A DNA stretch of 64,000 bases from Gordonibacter sp. (GCF_036659115.1 NZ_JAVXDF010000001.1); one strand, 5' to 3'; counted from the first letter of the stretch, positions 49,159 to 59,864 are shown. The notes: a model not told the origin generated them from the sequence alone. Made by a program: numbers and translations.

Positions 49159-50478
49159 ATGGCTGACGGCGTTGCTCCGGCCTCGAAAGAGACGGACAAG
49201 TGGTTTTCGAAAGAGCCGGCATTTGCCAAATTAATTTCTTTAGGTCATTTTGACAAACTTCGCGGCCTTGATGAGAAAAGCCAACGATTCGAGATCATCG
49301 TGCGCGAAAATATCGTGCAAGGCGATCATCTTTCTCGGGAAGATGTTTCCGCACTTTCCGAGGCTGTTGGACGGTATTGCGAAAGTGAGTCGGGTACGGC
49401 GGACAAGATGGCTTTTCTGCTGTTCTTCATATGCTTTGAGTGGAATCATCGCCAGCTCAACGATGTGTCCGAGCGACAACTTGCATGGAAAAAACTGTTC
49501 AAGGCCGCTGGAAGTTGTTTTTCCGACTATGCAATGTTTTCGTATGCGCTCTCCCTCTATTATCGCGCCGAGGGCACGTTGTCGAAGGCGTTGGAGTTTG
49601 CGTGTCGTGCTTGCGAGCAGGCTCCCAAGCATATAGGCCTTCTGAACAGCTATCTTGAGATGCTTCTTGACGAGACTGAGCAAAGTCTGCTTTCTGGGCC
49701 GGGCGTGTCTGCGGACCAATTCGAGTGCCCGACAGTGCCTGACGAAGACACAAAACAGTTGCAAGGGTTGCTGGATCGGTTTCAATCGATGACGCAGGGG
49801 CAAGCGTTTGACCAGGATTTTCCGACGTTTCATATAAATCTGGGCAGACTCAGAGCATGCCTGGGCTTCTTTGGCGACGCTCGGAGGGAGTTCGACCGGG
49901 CCGAAGAGCTGGCGGTTGGGCAGTTTGAAGCGAAGAGCAAGAGCGACAACGAGGGGGAGCGCTTGCACAGCAGCAGCGAATACGTGCAGCTCATCGCCTG
50001 GATAGCAACCAGTCGTACTACTTGCGATCAAATGCAGGGCGCTCGTTCGTTGCGGGCTTATGTCGAAATGAGCCGAGAGGGCATTCAGGAGATGATCGAA
50101 AGCTTGCTGGAGAAGCACGCCGAGGTCGAGCGGCGCGTTAACGACGAGAAGATCAACATGGTGGAGATGCTAGCGTTTTTTGCCGGGATCATTGCGTTGA
50201 TTGTTGGGGCGGTGTCGCTGGGGAGCGGTATGTCGTTTGCGGCGCGCGGGCTTTTGCTGCTCGTAATGCTGGGAGTGCTGATGGTGGCTTTCGGGGCTCT
50301 TTCTTTTCTGCTCGAGGCTGATCGATCGGCTCAGTGTTCTTCTACGGGGAATCGCTTGGGTTTTGCAGCATCGTTTTTTGCTGCAAGGTCTGCTCCCGTT
50401 GTTGCGATCGGATTTGCGGTTATTGTGCTGTGCTTTGTCCTTGGTCTTGTTTTGCCCCCAGGTGCAATGGGCTTCTAA
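49159..50478 (+). CDS. TPR-like / coiled-coil protein with three C-terminal TM helices, function unknown
   Basis: TPR-like segments (LSLYYRAEGTLSKALEFACRACEQAP; HINLGRLRACLGFFGDARREFDRA), heptad region, 3 hydrophobic helices; RBS GAGGGTGG. Confidence 0.75.
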   Translation: MADGVAPASKETDKWFSKEPAFAKLISLGHFDKLRGLDEKSQRFEIIVRENIVQGDHLSREDVSALSEAVGRYCESESGTADKMAFLLFFICFEWNHRQLNDVSERQLAWKKLFKAAGSCFSDYAMFSYALSLYYRAEGTLSKALEFACRACEQAPKHIGLLNSYLEMLLDETEQSLLSGPGVSADQFECPTVPDEDTKQLQGLLDRFQSMTQGQAFDQDFPTFHINLGRLRACLGFFGDARREFDRAEELAVGQFEAKSKSDNEGERLHSSSEYVQLIAWIATSRTTCDQMQGARSLRAYVEMSREGIQEMIESLLEKHAEVERRVNDEKINMVEMLAFFAGIIALIVGAVSLGSGMSFAARGLLLLVMLGVLMVAFGALSFLLEADRSAQCSSTGNRLGFAASFFAARSAPVVAIGFAVIVLCFVLGLVLPPGAMGF

Positions 50479-50507
50479 CGGAACTTTCCCACGAATAGAG
50501 AGACGCC

Positions 50508-51854
50508 ATGAAACAGTATCGCCAAGAATATTTGGAAGCGCTCGAAAGCCTCGACGGCGATGTGCCGGGTTGCGAGGCGGCGCTGTCCTACATTGAGCAG
50601 TCTGACATTTGGGTGCACGGCCGACCCGTGCCCTTTTCCTACGTTCCCAATTTGGTGGGCTCGCAGGATCGCCGGTTTCTTCAGGAAGTTTGCACGATGG
50701 CCCATACCATTCTGTGCAAGGTTATCGCCCGCTATTTGGAAGATGCAACCTATCGCGCGCTGTTCGGTTTCTCGCCCGAGATGGAGCGGCTTATCATGCT
50801 GCCATGCGACTATGGACAGATGCTTCCTCTAGCCCGATTCGATATCTTTCTTGACGAAAACGATCTCAGCTTCAAGTTTTGCGAATTCAATACCGATGGG
50901 AGCGGGGCGATGTCGCGCGACCTTGAGATTGGCCACGCACTGCAGCGAGGTGCTACCTACCATCAGTTCGCCTCGCGTCATCGCGTTGAGCAGTTTGAGC
51001 TATTCGATTCGTGGGTTGAAGCGTTTATGTCCAGCTATCGAGAGTGTCCTTACGCGAAACCTTGCCCGACGGTGGCTGTAACTGATTTTCGCGAGAGCGG
51101 CGTGTTTAGCGATTTCAACCGATTCATCGCCGCTTTCGAGCGGGCGGGCTATCCGGCTCGTTTTGTGGATGTTCGGTCGTTTATCTTTGACGGGGAAAAC
51201 CTAGTCGACCCTTCCGACGGAACGGTGATAGATGTCATTTATCGGCGCGCCGTTACCAGTGAGATGCTGCAGCATCCTGGTGAATGCGATGCGCTCATTG
51301 ATGCAGTTGAACAGCGGAAGGTATGCCTGATTGGCCATTTTAGAACAACGGTCGTCCATTCCAAAGTGGTTTCCATCGTGTTGTTCGACTCACAGACGAG
51401 GTCCTTTTTGACTGACGAGGAGTGCTCGTTCATTGACGAGCACGTGCCGCGCACCTTCCGGCTGCAACGCGGTCAGGGATTTGATGTAAACGTGGTAAAG
51501 GCAAGCAAAGATGCGTGGATTATCAAACCTGAGGACGATTATGGTGCCCGCGGTGTGTATCCAGGTGTAAGCATGGCCGCTGACGAGTGGGGCGCGCTGG
51601 TTGACCAGAAGCTCGATGAGTCCTACATCGTTCAAGAGTATTATCCTCCACGCGAGGTTGGTTTAGTGCGGGCTGACGTTTCGGAAGTCGGAGGTCAGAG
51701 TGCGGTTGAGGCTTGGACATCGATGCCAGGCCTGTATGTCTACAACGGCGCATTCAAAGGTTTGTACTGTCGAAACGGATGCGAGGGGATAATTGCTCTT
51801 GACCACGGTGGGCTGTGCAGCCCGAGCTTCTCCGTTGACGATGAAAATTTCTGA
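50508..51854 (+). CDS. Circularly permuted ATP-grasp ligase (glutathionylspermidine synthase-like superfamily)
   Basis: ARFDIF, KFCEFNTDGSG, IDVIYRR, WIIKPEDDYGARGV, YIVQEY. Confidence 0.85.
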   Translation: MKQYRQEYLEALESLDGDVPGCEAALSYIEQSDIWVHGRPVPFSYVPNLVGSQDRRFLQEVCTMAHTILCKVIARYLEDATYRALFGFSPEMERLIMLPCDYGQMLPLARFDIFLDENDLSFKFCEFNTDGSGAMSRDLEIGHALQRGATYHQFASRHRVEQFELFDSWVEAFMSSYRECPYAKPCPTVAVTDFRESGVFSDFNRFIAAFERAGYPARFVDVRSFIFDGENLVDPSDGTVIDVIYRRAVTSEMLQHPGECDALIDAVEQRKVCLIGHFRTTVVHSKVVSIVLFDSQTRSFLTDEECSFIDEHVPRTFRLQRGQGFDVNVVKASKDAWIIKPEDDYGARGVYPGVSMAADEWGALVDQKLDESYIVQEYYPPREVGLVRADVSEVGGQSAVEAWTSMPGLYVYNGAFKGLYCRNGCEGIIALDHGGLCSPSFSVDDENF

Positions 51855-51974
51855 GGTGCTTTTCGAAACGACGATTGCTGCATTGATTGCTGGAACGCGC
51901 GTTCTTGCATTGGAGGCAAATTTACGATATTTTAAACCAGCCTGTCTGTCAAGCGAATAGGCGAGTTCGCCGAC

Positions 51975-52070
51975 CGTTTATCGAGAGCTGGGGAAGAGAG
52001 TTGGCTCGAGGATCCCGGCACCAACCTGGCAAAGCATGCCAAGGTGGTCCTGCCGACATCGATGAAGGAG
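51975..52070 (+). ncRNA. SAM-I-clan riboswitch (short, apparently without P4)
   Basis: TTTATCGAGAG ... TGGCTCGAGGATCCCGGC ... CAACC-stem-AAGGTG ... GATGAA immediately upstream of metK. Confidence 0.8.
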
Positions 52071-52077
52071 AAACATC

Positions 52078-53343
52078 ATGCTCAATAACCAAGGAAGCTA
52101 TCTGTTCACGTCCGAGTCCGTGACGGAAGGGCATCCCGACAAGGTATGCGACCAGATATCAGACGCGGTGCTTGACGCCATCCTGTCCAAGGAGATCGAG
52201 TTGGCCGAGCGCGGCTACGTGGCGCCGGGCGGGCAGGCGGCGGACCCGTCCCAGGTGCGCTGCGCCTGCGAGACGCTGGCTACCACGGGCATGGTCATCG
52301 TGACGGGCGAGATCCGCACGCAGGCCTACGTGGACGTGCCGGGCATTGTGCGCGAGGTGCTCTCCGACATCGGCTACAACCGCGCGAAGTACGGCTTCGA
52401 CTGCGACACGTGCGGCGTGTTGAACGCCATCCACGAACAGAGTCCGGACATTGCGCAGGGCGTGGACGAGTCATGGGAGGCCCAGCACGGGCTTGCAGGC
52501 GACGATCCTTACGAGCGCGTCGGCGCGGGCGATCAGGGCATGATGTTCGGCTATGCCTGCAACGAGACGTCCACCCTTATGCCCATGCCGGTGTATCTGG
52601 CTCACCGTCTGGCCGAGCGTCTGACCGAGGTGCGCAAGGACGGTACGCTGCCGTACCTGCGCCCCGACGGCAAGACGCAGGTGTCGGTGCGCTACGAGGA
52701 CGGCATTCCGACAAGCGTGGAGAAGGTGGTTGTGTCTACCCAGCACGCCGACAACGTGGAGCATGGCGCTTTGAGCGCCGACATCGTCGCGCACGTGATC
52801 GAGCCCGTTTTCGCGGCCGAAGGCGTCAAGCTTGCCGAGGGTGCAGGCATCCATGTGAACCCCACCGGCCGCTTTGTCGTGGGCGGGCCCATGGGGGATG
52901 CGGGCCTCACCGGCCGCAAGATCATCGTGGACACCTACGGCGGCATGGGACGCCACGGCGGCGGCGCGTTCTCCGGCAAGGACTGCACGAAGGTAGACCG
53001 CTCGGGGGCCTATGCCGCGCGCTGGGTAGCCAAGAACGTGGTGGCCGCGGGGTTGGCTGACCGCTGCGAGGTACAGGTGGCTTATGCTATCGGCATGGCG
53101 CGTCCGGTGAGTGTGATGGTCGACACCTTCGGCACCGCGAAGGTGCCCGAAGCCGACATCATGGCTGCCGTGGAAAGCGTGTTCGATCTGCGCCCCGGCG
53201 CCATTATCGATGCGCTGGACCTGCGCCGTCCGATCTACCGTAAAACCGCCGCCTACGGCCACTTCGGCCGCGAGCTGCCTGAGTTCACCTGGGAGCGAAC
53301 CGACAAGGCCGGCGCGCTGCGGAAGGCCTGCGGGCTGGCGTAG
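52078..53343 (+). CDS. metK: S-adenosylmethionine synthetase
   Basis: [28 protein letters not shown]. Confidence 0.98.
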   Translation: MLNNQGSYLFTSESVTEGHPDKVCDQISDAVLDAILSKEIELAERGYVAPGGQAADPSQVRCACETLATTGMVIVTGEIRTQAYVDVPGIVREVLSDIGYNRAKYGFDCDTCGVLNAIHEQSPDIAQGVDESWEAQHGLAGDDPYERVGAGDQGMMFGYACNETSTLMPMPVYLAHRLAERLTEVRKDGTLPYLRPDGKTQVSVRYEDGIPTSVEKVVVSTQHADNVEHGALSADIVAHVIEPVFAAEGVKLAEGAGIHVNPTGRFVVGGPMGDAGLTGRKIIVDTYGGMGRHGGGAFSGKDCTKVDRSGAYAARWVAKNVVAAGLADRCEVQVAYAIGMARPVSVMVDTFGTAKVPEADIMAAVESVFDLRPGAIIDALDLRRPIYRKTAAYGHFGRELPEFTWERTDKAGALRKACGLA

Positions 53344-53387
53344 GCTTTGCGTCCCCCAGGGGGTGGGGTGCTGGTATACTTGATCCC

Positions 53388-55736
53388 ATGAAACTCGCAT
53401 CGGTCATTCTCGACATACCTACGCAGGCGCTCGATACGCCCTATACCTACCTCGTTTCCGACGATCCGACCGCGCTCGGCGGCTACGACATCGTGGTGGG
53501 GTGTGCCGCGCTCGTGCCGTTCGGGCCCCGGCAGGCGATAGGATTCGTCGTCGCACTTGAAGAGCATGCGGCAGACGATCTCCCGGCAGGTCTGAACCTG
53601 TCAAAGCTGAAGGCGATCGTGCGGGCGGTGAGCCCGGCATACTTCGATGAGGAGGGTGCCGCGTGCGCGCAGTGGCTCTCCGAGCGCTACTTGGCACCGC
53701 TTTCGTCGTGTGTGCGGCTGTTCACGCCGCCTGGCGGCGTGCCGCGCATGGTACGTTCCCGCGAGGGGTATTGGCGGCTCGAGGAGCCGACCGTGGGGGA
53801 GGTTGACGATCGCTGGGTCGTGCCGGGTCCGTCGTTTGCCGACTTCGAGCCGCGCAAGAACGCCGTGAAGCAAGGGGCCATCGTAGAGGCTCTGCGTGCG
53901 GGTGAGCTGCGCGTGGCCGAACTGGCTGCTGAGCTCGGTGCCGTATCCGGTGCGCTAAAAACGCTCGAGGGCAAAGGTGCGGTGCGCATCGAGCGCCGTC
54001 GCCGCATGCGGGGGATGCCCTCTGGGGTGTCGGGTGGTGTCGGCAGTCGGGAGGAATCGGGAAGCAGCTTCGTGCCTTCCCGAAAGCCCCTCCTTACTTC
54101 CGGCCAGGCAAGTGCCCTAGGAGCCGTCGAATCTGCCTGTGCATCCGGCAATGGCGAGGTCGTGCTTCTCGACGGCGTCACGGGATCGGGCAAGACCGAG
54201 GTGTACCTCCAGGCTATCGAGGCGACGCTCGCGGCCGGCCGCACGGCGTGCGTGCTTGTGCCCGAGATTTCGCTGACGCCGCAGACGGTGGGCCGGTTCC
54301 GCGGCCGGTTCGGCGACACGGTGGCCGTCATGCACTCGCGCATGGGCGCGGGCGAGCGCTACGACCAGTGGGATTTCATCCGCTCGGGGGCGGCACGCGT
54401 GGTGGTGGGTGCGCGCAGTGCGCTGTTCACGCCGATGCGCAATTTGGGGCTCATCGTTATTGACGAGGAACACGAGGGGTCCTACAAGCAGGACAGCGCA
54501 CCGCGCTACCATGCGCGTGACGTAGCGGTATGGATGGCGCGCCGCTCGGGTGCGGCCGTGGTGCTGGGGTCGGCCACGCCCTCTATCGAAAGCCTGCATG
54601 CCTGCGCCAAAGACGAGCGGTGGCATCAGGTGGAGCTGCCCGAACGCGCTAACGGCAAGCCGATGCCCCAGGTGCAGGTCGTGGACATGGCCCATGAGTT
54701 CGGAAGCGGCTCGCGCTCCATGTTCTCGCGTCCGCTGTCGAGCGCGCTGGCCGAGGAGCTGGCCGTGGGGCACAAGGCCGTGCTGCTGCTGAACCAACGC
54801 GGATTCGCTAAGTTCTTGCTGTGCCGCGAGTGCGGGTTCGTACCGGAATGCCCGTCGTGCTCCACGTCGCTCACCTTCCATGAGCGCGGTAATTTCCTTA
54901 TCTGCCATCATTGTGGCTACCGCATCGCGGCGCCGGCCACGTGTCCTGAATGCGGCAGCCCCTACTTGAAGAAGTTCGGTGCGGGTACCCAGCGCGTCGA
55001 GGCCGACCTGCGCGTGCTGTTGGACGAAGCGCCGGGCGTGGGGCCGGACGTGCCCATTGTGCGCATGGATGCCGACACCACCGGCGGCAAGGGGTCCCAT
55101 CAGCGTCTGCTCGAGGAATTCGCCGCCGCTGACGCGGCAGTGCTGCTGGGCACGCAGATGATCGCCAAGGGACTCGACTTCGAGGACGTGACGTTGGTGG
55201 GTGTTATCAACGCCGACACCATGCTGAAGCTGCCCGACTACCGCGCCTCCGAGCGTACGTTCGCGCTGGTCGAGCAGGTAGCGGGCCGTGCGGGTCGGGC
55301 GGAGCTGCCGGGCCGCGTGCTCGTGCAGACCTACGAGGCTGATGCGGCGCCCATCCAGGCTGCCGCAACGTATGACCGCGCGCTGTTCCTGCGCGACGAG
55401 TTGCCTAAACGCCGGTTGTTGAAGTACCCGCCTTACGTGCGCATGGCCAACATCTTGGTGTGGGGCAAGGACGAAGGGGCGGTGCGCAGCCTTGCTGCGG
55501 CATTGCATGCCGACCTTGGACGTCACGTGCGCAACTATGTTGGCAACTCCTGGGACGTGTTGGCCGCTACGCCGTGCGTTCTTGCGAAGCTGCGCGGTAC
55601 GTACCGCTGGCATATCGTGGTCAAATGCCCCCTGGAAAGCGATCTTTCCGCAGTGCTGCTCCCGTTTTTCCGTGCGCGCAAGCCGGATCGCGACGTGAAC
55701 GTCGCAGTGGACGTCGATCCTGACGACTTGCTGTAG
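53388..55736 (+). CDS. priA: Primosomal protein N' (replication restart helicase)
   Basis: GVTGSGKTEVY, DEEHE, GSATP, four CxxC motifs, GTQMIAKGLDF. Confidence 0.97.
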   Translation: MKLASVILDIPTQALDTPYTYLVSDDPTALGGYDIVVGCAALVPFGPRQAIGFVVALEEHAADDLPAGLNLSKLKAIVRAVSPAYFDEEGAACAQWLSERYLAPLSSCVRLFTPPGGVPRMVRSREGYWRLEEPTVGEVDDRWVVPGPSFADFEPRKNAVKQGAIVEALRAGELRVAELAAELGAVSGALKTLEGKGAVRIERRRRMRGMPSGVSGGVGSREESGSSFVPSRKPLLTSGQASALGAVESACASGNGEVVLLDGVTGSGKTEVYLQAIEATLAAGRTACVLVPEISLTPQTVGRFRGRFGDTVAVMHSRMGAGERYDQWDFIRSGAARVVVGARSALFTPMRNLGLIVIDEEHEGSYKQDSAPRYHARDVAVWMARRSGAAVVLGSATPSIESLHACAKDERWHQVELPERANGKPMPQVQVVDMAHEFGSGSRSMFSRPLSSALAEELAVGHKAVLLLNQRGFAKFLLCRECGFVPECPSCSTSLTFHERGNFLICHHCGYRIAAPATCPECGSPYLKKFGAGTQRVEADLRVLLDEAPGVGPDVPIVRMDADTTGGKGSHQRLLEEFAAADAAVLLGTQMIAKGLDFEDVTLVGVINADTMLKLPDYRASERTFALVEQVAGRAGRAELPGRVLVQTYEADAAPIQAAATYDRALFLRDELPKRRLLKYPPYVRMANILVWGKDEGAVRSLAAALHADLGRHVRNYVGNSWDVLAATPCVLAKLRGTYRWHIVVKCPLESDLSAVLLPFFRARKPDRDVNVAVDVDPDDLL

Positions 55737-55872
55737 CGTCCGATGCGGCACCTTCGCGGGCTTTCCGCGTGCGGCTGCCTTCCTGCCGATCGTTGGTTGG
55801 CAAGCCCCGGTTGCATGGTATCCTGTTCGCTTGCTGGGGGCGTTCATTCAAGAGGCGAAGGGAGAATGAACC

Positions 55873-58770
55873 GTGAAAACACACGCGACGCGGATCGCAC
55901 GGTCGATCCTTGCCGCAGTGCTTGCCGCAGGATGCGCTTTCGTCGTACCTGCTGTTGCCGCCGAGCAGGCGGATAACCAAGCGAAGGTTTCACTGTCATC
56001 TGGGGGCACGGGTGCGCAAGAGGGTGCACTGGTAGGCCCCGAGACGTTCGAAGGCCGGGGTGCGCAGCCGGAGGAACGCGTGGTGAGAGTCGCATTTCCC
56101 GAGGTCGAAGGCATCAGCATGACCGACAGCGCCGGTGTACGCAGCGGACTGTTCTACGATTGGCTTGTCGAGATAGGCAAGTACACCGGATGGGAATACG
56201 AGTTCGTGGGCGGCGATGCCGAAAACCTCGCGAACGCGGCTATCTCGGGAGAAGTCGACCTTGTCGGCAGCATGTATCACCGCGAGCAGCTGGAGGGCTT
56301 GCTGGACTATGCGGCCTACAGCATGGGCTCGAACTACTCCTTGTTGATCTGCCCCGAAAACAACGACTCCATTGCCAGCTTCGATCTTCGCACGTTGAAC
56401 GGCAAGACCATCGGCGTATACCGCAACGCTAGCGAGAAGAACCGCCGCCTCGAGGCGTTTCTCGAACTCAACAACCTTTCCTGCAACGTGGTGCAGTTGG
56501 ATCTCGAGGGCTACGAGCGATGCCTCGAAGACGGCGTGGCCGATGCGATGCTGGGAAGCGATAGGGAAGTGCCGGACGGATGCCGGGTGGTAGCGGGATT
56601 CGAAGGCGAACCCTACTACATCGCCCTGCCCAAGGGAAGCGATCTGGCGGCTGCCCTGAACGAGGCTCTCGGGCAGATATACTCCGCCGATGCAGGGTTT
56701 GCGCGTACGCTGCATGCGTGCTACTTCCCTCACGAATACTATAATTCGATAAGCCTTACCGAAGCCGATCGCGCCTTTGTCGAGCAGACAGGCGTTGTCT
56801 CGGTTGCCGTGGTAGCCGATCGGTTGCCGCTCTACTACCAGTACGAGGGGAAGTACCGTGGCGTGGTCAAGGATGCGTTCGATCGTATTGCGCAGCGCAC
56901 GGGCCTCTCGTTTCGCTTCGAGCATGCCGCCACCTACGAAGAGGCGCTCAACATGGTGCGCAACGGCGAGGTGGAGGTCATGGGCAGCTTCATGGACGAT
57001 GAGCACATGGCCGGCGAACAGGGTCTTTCGCTTACCAAGGACTTCGCTTCGCTTGACGAGGTGGTGTTGAGGAACAAGCTGCGCGAACGGTCCGACGGCA
57101 GGGCCGCCCTCGCGCAGATAAACGGACGAGAAGACCCGGCCGGGTTGGACGCGACGGAGGTAGTTCACTTCGACACGTACCAGGAATGCCTTGAGGCGGT
57201 GAATGCCGGGCGCGCCGATTTCACCTGTATACCGGCAGCATTTGCTGAAAGCCTGTTCACCGAGCATGCATACGGTAATATCGTGCCCTCTGCTGCCGAC
57301 CATCGCGACCTCAAACTGTCCATCGCACTGCCGAAGCCGGTCGATTCGGCCATGTATTCCGTTCTGAATAAGGCGGTGGGCAGCTTTACCGAAGAGGAGC
57401 GGGCGGCCATGTTGGTGCGCGGCGCGGCATCTGTCGGCGGACGTATGCCCTCGCTTGAGGCGATCGTATCCAGCAACCCCATGGCCGTAGTGGCGGTGTC
57501 TCTCGTGTTCTCGCTTTTGGTTGGCGCTGTTGCTATCGTGGCGGCCACCTCAAAAGTGCGCTCCCGTACCATGGCCTTGAAGCTGGAGCAGGCCGAGGAA
57601 ACGAGCCGTGCGAAGTCCGACTTCCTCTCGCGTATGTCCCATGAGATACGCACGCCCATGAACGCCATCATCGGCCTGAGCTCGGTGGCCACGCTCTCGG
57701 GCGAGGCGACGCCTTCGGTGCAGTCGAGCCTGGAGAAGATCAACACCTCGGCGCAGTACCTGCTCGCGCTGGTGAACGACATCCTCGATATGTCTAAGAT
57801 CGAGAACGGCAAGATGTGCATCGAGGCTGTCCCTGTGCGCCTGCGCGCCTTGGTCGATCGGCTAGGTAGCATGTACTGCATTCTTGCCGAGGAGAAAGGT
57901 ATTGCGCTGACGGTACGCTGCGGGGGCGATGAGGTGGTCATGGCCGACGACGTGCGCCTGCAGCAGGTGCTGGCGAACCTGCTGTCGAACGCTTTCAAGT
58001 TCACGGAACCGGGCGGCTCCGTGCTGCTGGCTGTCGACAAGCTGTCGGAGGGGGGAGGCGATGCAACCGTCCGGTTCAGCGTGACCGACGATGGCGAGGG
58101 TATCCGTCCTGAGGACCTCGACCGTATTTTCGAGTCGTTCGAGCAGGCGGCCGAAAACCATCGCAACGCCCAAGGCACGGGGCTTGGACTTGCCATCAGC
58201 AGTAACCTCGTGCACCTTATGGGCGGCAAGCTCGACGTGCGCAGCCGTTTGGGCCAGGGAACTGAGTTCTTCTTTACTTTGAGCCTGCCGCGGGCGTTGC
58301 CGGAAGACCTGCCGCGTGATCGTGCGGAGCTTTCGGCGACTGCGGCCGAGGAAGGGCGTACTTTTGCGGGTGTGCAGGTGCTGCTTGCCGAGGACAACGA
58401 CCTGAACGCCGAGATAGCCGTAGCGTTGCTGGAGATGAAGGGCGTGACGGCCGATCGTGCTGCGAACGGGCGCGAGGCAGTTGACCTGTTTGCTGCTGCG
58501 GCCCCGGGGTTCTACGACATCGTGCTCATGGACGTGCAGATGCCTGTGCTGGACGGCTTGTCGGCCGTGCGCGAACTGCGCGCGCTCGATCGGCCCGATG
58601 CGCACACGATCCCCATTGTCGCCCTGACGGCCAGCACGTTCCAGGAAGATCGAGACGATGCGGCTGCGGCGGGCATGGACGGGTTTCTGCCCAAGCCCTT
58701 CGATGCTCGGCAGCTCTACGGGGTGCTTCATCGCTTCTTGCCGTCCGGCGGGTCCGAAGCGGCATCTTGA
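55873..58770 (+). CDS. Hybrid sensor histidine kinase: two solute-binding (PBPb) domains, TM, HisKA, HATPase, receiver
   Basis: Signal peptide, FLSRMSHEIRTPMN, NLLSNAFKFT, GTGLGL, receiver motifs LLAEDN, MDVQMP and KP. Confidence 0.93.
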   Translation: MKTHATRIARSILAAVLAAGCAFVVPAVAAEQADNQAKVSLSSGGTGAQEGALVGPETFEGRGAQPEERVVRVAFPEVEGISMTDSAGVRSGLFYDWLVEIGKYTGWEYEFVGGDAENLANAAISGEVDLVGSMYHREQLEGLLDYAAYSMGSNYSLLICPENNDSIASFDLRTLNGKTIGVYRNASEKNRRLEAFLELNNLSCNVVQLDLEGYERCLEDGVADAMLGSDREVPDGCRVVAGFEGEPYYIALPKGSDLAAALNEALGQIYSADAGFARTLHACYFPHEYYNSISLTEADRAFVEQTGVVSVAVVADRLPLYYQYEGKYRGVVKDAFDRIAQRTGLSFRFEHAATYEEALNMVRNGEVEVMGSFMDDEHMAGEQGLSLTKDFASLDEVVLRNKLRERSDGRAALAQINGREDPAGLDATEVVHFDTYQECLEAVNAGRADFTCIPAAFAESLFTEHAYGNIVPSAADHRDLKLSIALPKPVDSAMYSVLNKAVGSFTEEERAAMLVRGAASVGGRMPSLEAIVSSNPMAVVAVSLVFSLLVGAVAIVAATSKVRSRTMALKLEQAEETSRAKSDFLSRMSHEIRTPMNAIIGLSSVATLSGEATPSVQSSLEKINTSAQYLLALVNDILDMSKIENGKMCIEAVPVRLRALVDRLGSMYCILAEEKGIALTVRCGGDEVVMADDVRLQQVLANLLSNAFKFTEPGGSVLLAVDKLSEGGGDATVRFSVTDDGEGIRPEDLDRIFESFEQAAENHRNAQGTGLGLAISSNLVHLMGGKLDVRSRLGQGTEFFFTLSLPRALPEDLPRDRAELSATAAEEGRTFAGVQVLLAEDNDLNAEIAVALLEMKGVTADRAANGREAVDLFAAAAPGFYDIVLMDVQMPVLDGLSAVRELRALDRPDAHTIPIVALTASTFQEDRDDAAAAGMDGFLPKPFDARQLYGVLHRFLPSGGSEAAS

Positions 58771-58796
58771 GGGGAATCGATTGTCGGAGCGTGCCC

Positions 58797-59864
58797 TTAG
58801 ATCGATGCCGCGGTATCGAGGGCGTAGTCGATCCACAAGCCGATGCGCTTATGCCAGGGGAGCGTGGCGCGTGTCTCGCGGGTCGCGTATGTCCAGTCGT
58901 AAAGCGTTTCGGAATCGGCGAACCGCTGGGGCTTCGACGACGAGCCCAGCACGACGGCATAGTACTCGTGGCCGTCGCCCCGGTTCACGGCGGTGGCCAC
59001 GCAGGGACCGGCTGCGAGCGTGTAGCCGGTCTTGGCGGCACAGGTGCCTTCGTAGGTTTGCAGCATGGTGTCGGTGTTGGATAGGGAGAGCGTGGTTTCG
59101 CTGCCGTTCCGGTTCACGGCAATATCCACGTTCGAGAATCCGATGCTGGCCCGGAACCGTTCGATGCCCATACCGTAGCGCAGCATGACGGCGACATCCT
59201 GTGCGCAGCTGTACTGCCCCTGCGCCCATGCGTCGAAGTCGAGACCATGCGGGTTCGTGAAGCAGGTGTTCACCAGTCCGAGTGCCGAGCCTTTGGCGTT
59301 CATGGCATCGACGAAGGCCGTTTGGCAGGCGTAACCGTCGCCGGAGAGTCCCTGGTCGGCAAGGATGATCGTACCAGCGGCCTCGGCAAGGGCGGTTGCG
59401 GCATCGTTTCCCGATGCGGTAAGCAGCGCTTTGAGCGAGGCATCGAGAGTCATGACATCGCCCTGCATCAGCCCGGCGCTGGATTCTCCGACGCTGGCGG
59501 CTGTCGGTGTCACCTTGATGGCCGCATCGGGAGAGAGGGTCTCCAGGGCCACAATGGCTGTCATGATCTTTGTAAGGGACGCGATCTGGGCCTGGTCGGT
59601 TGCGCGTCGTCCGAAGCAGAGGTCGCCGCCCTCGTCGAGCACCGACGCGTAGGATGCCTCGAGGTCGGGTCCGCTTCGGACGGGAATTCCGTGCTGTAGG
59701 GCGGTCTGCCCGAACAGTAGGTCGCTTTCCTCTGCGGCCGCATGCGCAGGCGTGGGGGCGATACAGCCGAGGCCCAAGGCGAGGCACAGGACTCCGACCG
59801 AGGCGGCTCGGACGCTTTGGTGGGAGAACGCGATGAATGATTTTGTGGGGCGGGAGGAAGCCAC
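58797..59864 (-). CDS. D-alanyl-D-alanine carboxypeptidase (peptidase S11), short form
   Basis: SxxK ASLTK, SxN SGN, NPHGLD, KTG; signal peptide; GTG start after GAAAGG. Confidence 0.9.
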   Translation of the reverse strand: MASSRPTKSFIAFSHQSVRAASVGVLCLALGLGCIAPTPAHAAAEESDLLFGQTALQHGIPVRSGPDLEASYASVLDEGGDLCFGRRATDQAQIASLTKIMTAIVALETLSPDAAIKVTPTAASVGESSAGLMQGDVMTLDASLKALLTASGNDAATALAEAAGTIILADQGLSGDGYACQTAFVDAMNAKGSALGLVNTCFTNPHGLDFDAWAQGQYSCAQDVAVMLRYGMGIERFRASIGFSNVDIAVNRNGSETTLSLSNTDTMLQTYEGTCAAKTGYTLAAGPCVATAVNRGDGHEYYAVVLGSSSKPQRFADSETLYDWTYATRETRATLPWHKRIGLWIDYALDTAASI

